From: Acidobacteriota bacterium
GTDB taxonomy: Bacteria; Acidobacteriota; Aminicenantia; Aminicenantales; Saccharicenantaceae
Reading direction: 5' to 3'
DNA: 64,000 bases
Assembly: GCA_022711665.1 (NCBI GenBank)
Contig: JAKLEN010000004.1
Location: forward strand, 528-64,527
Shown here: positions 59,145-64,000 of the stretch, one piece after another
Numbering within the stretch: the first letter of the stretch is position 1
Layout: each line of letters starts with the position of its first letter
Program-made: the position numbers and the translations under genes
The notes under the pieces: generated by a model
The model's input: only the letters and a program-made list of their open reading frames with translations
What the model was told of the DNA's origin: nothing
Database searches by the model: none

Positions 59145-60437
59145 ATGAAGACTCCGAACCCGACCGGGCCCCAAGCCCTGATGGGCATGGACCGCAAGAT
59201 AACCAAAAAGCCGGGGCCGTCCCGGAAGTTAGTCCTTTTCGCCTCGGGCGGCGCCTTCGTCCTCGTTCTGGCCTACCTTTTCTTTTTCCAGTTCCGCGGC
59301 TCGAGCCTCAACGTCGAGAAGGACCGGGTCACGGTCTCCACGGTCGAGAAGGGCCCCTTTCTCGAGTACATCCCGATCACGGGCGCAGTCATGCCGATCT
59401 CCCGCAATTCGCTGGCGACGAGCGAGGGCGGCCGGGTGGAAAAGATCTTCATGGAAGCGGGAACCATGGTCGAGAAGGGGACGCCCATCCTCCAGCTCGT
59501 CAATACCGACCTGCTCCTCAACATCATGTGGCGCGACGCGGACTTCGTGGCCCAGACGAACCAGCTCCGCCAGCTCCGGCTGAGCCTCGAGCAGTATCAG
59601 CAGGCCCTCCGCCAGCAGATGAACACCATCGAGAATGAGCTGGCCAAGGCTAAAAGCGCCTTCGAGCGCAACCGGAAGCTCTACGCCGACCAGCTGCTCT
59701 CCGAGTTCGAATTCGAGAAATTCAAGCTCGATTACGAGTACCAGGTCCGCAACCGCGACATCGTCGCCGAGAGCCAGAAGAAAGAGATGCAGTCCCGGAC
59801 CGAGCAGCTGGGCTCCCTCGAGGAGCAGCTCAAGCGCATGGAGGCCAACCTCGCCGCCTCAAAGCAGAAGCTCGAGGCCCTCGTCATCCGGGCCCCGATC
59901 AGCGGTCAGCTGAGCGCGCTCACGGCCGAGATCGGCCAGTACAAGGCGCCCGGCACCGAGATCGGCCAGATCGACGTCCTGACGGCCTTCAGCGTCCGGG
60001 CTCCGATCGACGAGTTTTACATCACACGGGTCGTAGCCGGACAGAAGGCCGAGTTCGAGCTGGGGGCGAAAACCTACGAGCTCGTGATCCGATGGGTCTT
60101 CCCCGAGGTCCGTGATGGCCGGTTCGAGGTCGATTTCGATTTCGTCGGGGACGCGCCGCCCGGCATCCGGCGGGGCCAGACGCTGCATGTCCGCCTCGAG
60201 CTCGGCGACGTCGCGGAGGCCGTCCTAGTCGCCAAGGGCGGCTTCTACCAGACGACCGGAGGCAACTGGGTCTACGCCCTCGAGCCGGGCGGCGACTTCG
60301 CCGTCAAGAGGCCCATCAAGATCGGCCGTCAGAACCCCGACGTCTACGAGATACTGGAAGGGCTTCAGCCCGGGGACCGGGTCATCACCTCCTCGTACGA
60401 GGGGTTCGGCGACATGGCCCGACTCATCCTGAAGTAG
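59145..60437 (+). CDS. Efflux periplasmic adaptor (HlyD/MacA-family membrane fusion protein)
   Basis: N-terminal TM anchor. Coiled-coil hairpin region. Beta-barrel and lipoyl-like motifs (VIRAPISGQLSALTAEIGQY…). Start taken at the ATG encoding MKTPNPTG. Confidence 0.75.
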   Translation: MKTPNPTGPQALMGMDRKITKKPGPSRKLVLFASGGAFVLVLAYLFFFQFRGSSLNVEKDRVTVSTVEKGPFLEYIPITGAVMPISRNSLATSEGGRVEKIFMEAGTMVEKGTPILQLVNTDLLLNIMWRDADFVAQTNQLRQLRLSLEQYQQALRQQMNTIENELAKAKSAFERNRKLYADQLLSEFEFEKFKLDYEYQVRNRDIVAESQKKEMQSRTEQLGSLEEQLKRMEANLAASKQKLEALVIRAPISGQLSALTAEIGQYKAPGTEIGQIDVLTAFSVRAPIDEFYITRVVAGQKAEFELGAKTYELVIRWVFPEVRDGRFEVDFDFVGDAPPGIRRGQTLHVRLELGDVAEAVLVAKGGFYQTTGGNWVYALEPGGDFAVKRPIKIGRQNPDVYEILEGLQPGDRVITSSYEGFGDMARLILK

Positions 60438-60449
60438 CGAAAGGAAACC

Positions 60450-61145
<696 letters not shown>

Positions 61146-61150
61146 CGGCC

Positions 61151-61399
61151 ATGGGCAAATACGCCAGCCTCAGGGACGTGCTGGGAGAGATCGCGGCCGG
61201 CGTCGAGCCGGTCGTGCTCCGGTCCCTCGATCGCGATTGGGACGCCGCGGAGCTTCTTCAGTCGCTTCCTGAGCGCCGGCTCGAGCGCCGCGTCCAGTTC
61301 ATGCCCGGCTTCTACATCGCCGCCGTGAGCGAATCGGGCTGCCTCGGCGAGGTCCTCTTCAGGATCCGGAAAAAGAACGCTCAGGGCGGGCGCCGATGA
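61151..61399 (+). CDS. Small hypothetical protein (weak call)
   Basis: ORF-track entry 61142..61399 (TTG). Internal ATG at 61151 (MGKYASLRDV…). No family recognised. Confidence 0.25.
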   Translation: MGKYASLRDVLGEIAAGVEPVVLRSLDRDWDAAELLQSLPERRLERRVQFMPGFYIAAVSESGCLGEVLFRIRKKNAQGGRR

Positions 61400-61436
61400 T
61401 CATGCTGCTGGGCGTCAGAACGTTAAGGCCGTCGAC

Positions 61437-62999
61437 ATGAAGAGGACGATTATGAGGATGAGGATCGCACAGGCCGTTTTTACGGGTCTCCTGGCCCTGG
61501 CCGGGCTCGCCGGGGCGCAGCGAAAAGAGATCCCGCTCAGTCTCGACGACTGCATCCGGCAGGCCGTGAAAAACAACCTCAACCTGGCGGCTGAGGGCCT
61601 GACGCCGGAGATGGGGGCCGAGGCTGTCGGCTTGGCCCGGGAGATCTTCATCCCCGGGATCTCCTTCGCCCTGGGGCAATCGAGCAACAATTCGGCCTCG
61701 TTCTCATGGATCAGCGCCGCCGACCAGATCTCGACCCGATCGGGCGAATACCAGGTGAGCCTCTCCCAGCTCATCCCCACGGGCGGCCGGCTGCAGGCCA
61801 CGCTCTATTCATACAAGACCACGACCACCGAAAGCTTCATGACCATCAACCCGCGCTACGGGAGCACGCTGGCCTTCGAGTTCAGCCAGCCTCTCTTGCG
61901 GAACTTCGGCCCGGTCGCCACGCGCCGGGCGATCATCGTCGCCAAGAACGATTGGGGCGTCTCGAAGAGCGAGTTCCGCAGGATCCTCATGGATACGGTG
62001 ACAGAGGTCGAGGAGGCCTACTGGAACCTCGTCTACAGCATCCAGAACCTGGAGGCGCGGCGGGATTCCCTCAAGTACGCCCAGGACCTGTTCTACAGGA
62101 ACCAGAAGGAGCTCGAGGCGGGTCTCATCTCGCCGGTCGAGATCTTCAACGCCAGGGCCGAGGTGGCCGGGCGCGAGGCCGACATCATCCAGGCCGAGGC
62201 CGAGGTCCGTGATCGCGGACGCGGCCTGGCCAGCCTGATCAACCTGGCGCCGGCCGAAGGCGGGGGAGATGTCGCCGTCGTTCCCACGGACAGTCCGGAC
62301 CTCGACGAGAGCCCCCTGGCCGAGGTCGAGGCCGTCGGCTTGGCCCTCGCGAACAGGCCGGAGCTCGAGGCCGGCCGGATGCGCTCGCGCACGACGGAGG
62401 TCAACCTGAGCGTGGCCCGCAACGGCCTCCTCCCCAACCTGAGCTTCAACGTGTCGTATTGGAGCCCGGGCGTCTCCGGGACGCGCATCCTCTACCAGGA
62501 TGACAATCCTCTGACGGGGGTCATCGTCGGCAAGGTCCCCGGAGGGGCGGCCGACGCCCTCAAGGACGCGATGCGTCTGCGCTACCGGAACTGGTCCGTC
62601 AACGTGACCCTCGATATCCCCGTCAATTCCGTCGTGTCCAGGGCCGAATATGCCCGGGCCAGGCTGGCCTCGGACCAGTCCGCGCTGCGGCTCAAGTATG
62701 AAGAGCGGCGCATCGTGCTCGAGGTCCAGACCGCTCTCAACGCGGTCGAGACGAACTTCAAGCGGGCCCTGGCCTACCGGGCCTCGCGGGAGCTGGAGGA
62801 GGAGAAGCTGCGAGCCGAGGAGAAGAAGCTCGCCGCTGGCCTCTCCACGAGCTACCTTGTCCTTCAGCACCAGCGCGACCTCGCGGCGGCCCGGTCGAAC
62901 GAGCTGCGGGCGACGGTCGACTACAACCTCTCGCTGGCCAGACGCGACAGGGCGCTCGGCCGGACCCTGGAGACGAAGCACATCCAGGTTTCCGACTAG
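61437..62999 (+). CDS. TolC-family outer-membrane efflux protein
   Basis: Signal peptide. Two OEP repeats with coiled-coil heptads. Typical LSLDDCIRQAVKNNLNL start. Confidence 0.8.
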   Translation: MKRTIMRMRIAQAVFTGLLALAGLAGAQRKEIPLSLDDCIRQAVKNNLNLAAEGLTPEMGAEAVGLAREIFIPGISFALGQSSNNSASFSWISAADQISTRSGEYQVSLSQLIPTGGRLQATLYSYKTTTTESFMTINPRYGSTLAFEFSQPLLRNFGPVATRRAIIVAKNDWGVSKSEFRRILMDTVTEVEEAYWNLVYSIQNLEARRDSLKYAQDLFYRNQKELEAGLISPVEIFNARAEVAGREADIIQAEAEVRDRGRGLASLINLAPAEGGGDVAVVPTDSPDLDESPLAEVEAVGLALANRPELEAGRMRSRTTEVNLSVARNGLLPNLSFNVSYWSPGVSGTRILYQDDNPLTGVIVGKVPGGAADALKDAMRLRYRNWSVNVTLDIPVNSVVSRAEYARARLASDQSALRLKYEERRIVLEVQTALNAVETNFKRALAYRASRELEEEKLRAEEKKLAAGLSTSYLVLQHQRDLAAARSNELRATVDYNLSLARRDRALGRTLETKHIQVSD

Positions 63000-63029
63000 T
63001 CCCGCCCCCAAATCGGGGGCACCGAAATC

Positions 63030-63108
63030 GGGGACACGATACTCATTTCCGAATTCGCTATCCTTCCCTGCCCATATCAGGGAATTCGGAAATGAGAATT
63101 GTGTCCCC
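63030..63108 (+). terminator. Large imperfect palindrome/hairpin downstream of the tolC-like gene (probable terminator or structured RNA); small hairpin CCCCC-AAATC-GGGGG at 63005-63019
   Basis: Seen in sequence: GGGGACAC…GTGTCCCC outer stem, and a perfect 15-bp inner inverted repeat CTCATTTCCGAATTC / GAATTCGGAAATGAG. Confidence 0.4.
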
Positions 63109-63133
63109 AATTTCCGTCTTGTTGACAACCGCC

Positions 63134-63162
63134 GCCGCCGCGTTTACAATGACAGAGAGTGT
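63134..63162 (+). promoter_or_regulatory. Consensus sigma70 promoter TTGACA-N17-TACAAT
   Basis: Seen in sequence: -35 at 63134-63139 and -10 at 63157-63162. Followed by a 17-codon uORF (63172-63225: ATGATATATAGTGCC…CCAGATGA) whose stop overlaps the main ATG. Confidence 0.45.
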
Positions 63163-63219
63163 TACGAATATGATATATAGTGCCACCACGGGCAAGCCCC
63201 GAACGGACCGTCCGGCCAG

Positions 63220-64000
63220 ATGAGAGCCCGTCCCCAGGCGCGCGACCTGGCTTACGCCGGGCTGCTCGGGGCGGCCGCGCTCCTCCTGCCGCTAGTTTTC
63301 CATGTGTTGCGCCTGGGGCACGTGTTCATGCCGATGTACCTGCCGCTCGTTACCCTGGCCTTTTTCGTCCGGCCGGCCGCGGCCGCGGCCACTGCCTTCG
63401 TCGTCCCGCTCCTGTCCGGCGCCCTGACCGGCATGCCGCCCTTCTATCCGCCCGTGGCCGGACTGATGTCGCTCGAGCTGGCGGCCATGGCGGCCGTCAT
63501 ATCGGCTGTCATCTCCAGGAGGCCCCGGGCAAACGAATGGCTCGTCCTTGCCCCGGTGTTGTTGCTCGGCCGGGCCCTCTACATGGGACTGGCCTACGCC
63601 GTCAATCTGGCCATCGGCCTGCCCGCCGCCTTCCTGGCCGGTCTTTCCGTGCTCGGCGGCTGGCCGGGCCTCGTGCTGATGCTCGTTGCCGTCCCACCCG
63701 TGGCCAGGCTCCGCAATGGCCACGTACCGGCCACGGCAGGGGAGGACGCCCGCACGGCCTACTTCGACTCGATCGCCGAGCGCTGGGACGGCTGGGAGGA
63801 CCTGCCCGCCCTCGAAGCCCGGCTGGCCGCGGGTTTGGAACGCCTCGGCGTCGGTCCTGACGATCGGGTGCTCGACGCCGGCTGCGGTACCGGCAACCTG
63901 ACCCGGGCCCTGCTGGACCGGCTTTCGGGCTCCGGCCGCGTTCTGGCCGTGGACCTCTCGCCGCGCATGATCGACGAGGCCCGGCGCAAGGTCCTGGACC
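63220..64000 (+). CDS. Membrane domain fused to a class I SAM-dependent methyltransferase domain (3' end beyond window)
   Basis: Frame from the ATG at 63220: MRARPQARDLAYAGLLGAAALLLPLVFHV… with about 5 TM helices, then the methyltransferase GxGxG motif VLDAGCGTGNLT. Not in the ORF track because there is no stop within the window. The listed 63180..63860 ORF is an overlapping wrong frame. Confidence 0.55.
   Translation, partial: MRARPQARDLAYAGLLGAAALLLPLVFHVLRLGHVFMPMYLPLVTLAFFVRPAAAAATAFVVPLLSGALTGMPPFYPPVAGLMSLELAAMAAVISAVISRRPRANEWLVLAPVLLLGRALYMGLAYAVNLAIGLPAAFLAGLSVLGGWPGLVLMLVAVPPVARLRNGHVPATAGEDARTAYFDSIAERWDGWEDLPALEARLAAGLERLGVGPDDRVLDAGCGTGNLTRALLDRLSGSGRVLAVDLSPRMIDEARRKVLD

Noticed and set aside
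58953-60437. 494-aa form of the adaptor-protein ORF
   Set aside because: The upstream 64 codons run through the sigma54 promoter and upstream palindrome. The ATG at 59145 (MKTPNPTG, followed by a TM anchor) is the credible start.
63180-63860. 226-aa + ORF (MPPRASPERTVRPDESP…)
   Set aside because: It is an Arg/Pro-rich wrong frame. The frame starting at 63220 gives a hydrophobic membrane domain plus a methyltransferase GxGxG motif and continues past the window end.

Overview
This is a high-GC (about 65-70% by eye) bacterial chromosomal segment. It is densely packed with mostly housekeeping genes, interrupted by two small low-GC islets. I see no CRISPR array, rRNA or transposase.

Recognisable blocks, in order:
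- a phosphate-limitation cluster: porin, pstSCAB, phoU, a secreted MBL-fold hydrolase, and an OmpR/PhoB-like response regulator with a PAS sensor kinase;
- a NarI-like/HdrD-like (DsrMK-type) membrane redox module followed by a genuine two-cysteine DsrC/TusE-family gene, convergent with a SufS/CsdA-type cysteine desulfurase;
- folK, a TonB-dependent receptor, a YraN-like gene, cysS;
- a split lysine-ketoglutarate reductase / saccharopine dehydrogenase pair and a MEMO1-like gene;
- hrcA-grpE-dnaK-dnaJ with an overlapping sigma70 promoter and CIRCE-like operator, then rsmE-like;
- a Hanks-type Ser/Thr kinase, ilvE, pilT, alaS, a lytic transglycosylase, a catalytically dead trypsin-like domain fused to TPR repeats, tRNA-Leu(TAG), tig, lon, rho, and an Asp/Glu racemase-family gene;
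- a roughly 3-kb insertion bounded by ~280-bp direct repeats;
- PadR plus FtsX-type permease pairs;
- an NtrC-family sigma54 two-component system flanked by two look-alike sigma54 promoters, each with a shared palindromic upstream motif, in front of split MacAB-TolC-like efflux components.

A MITE-like structured repeat occurs twice in the window.

The PadR/permease pairs and the overall gene content suggest an Acidobacteriota-like organism, but that is inference only.

Gene identities were assigned by reading motifs in the supplied translations. No database search was run.
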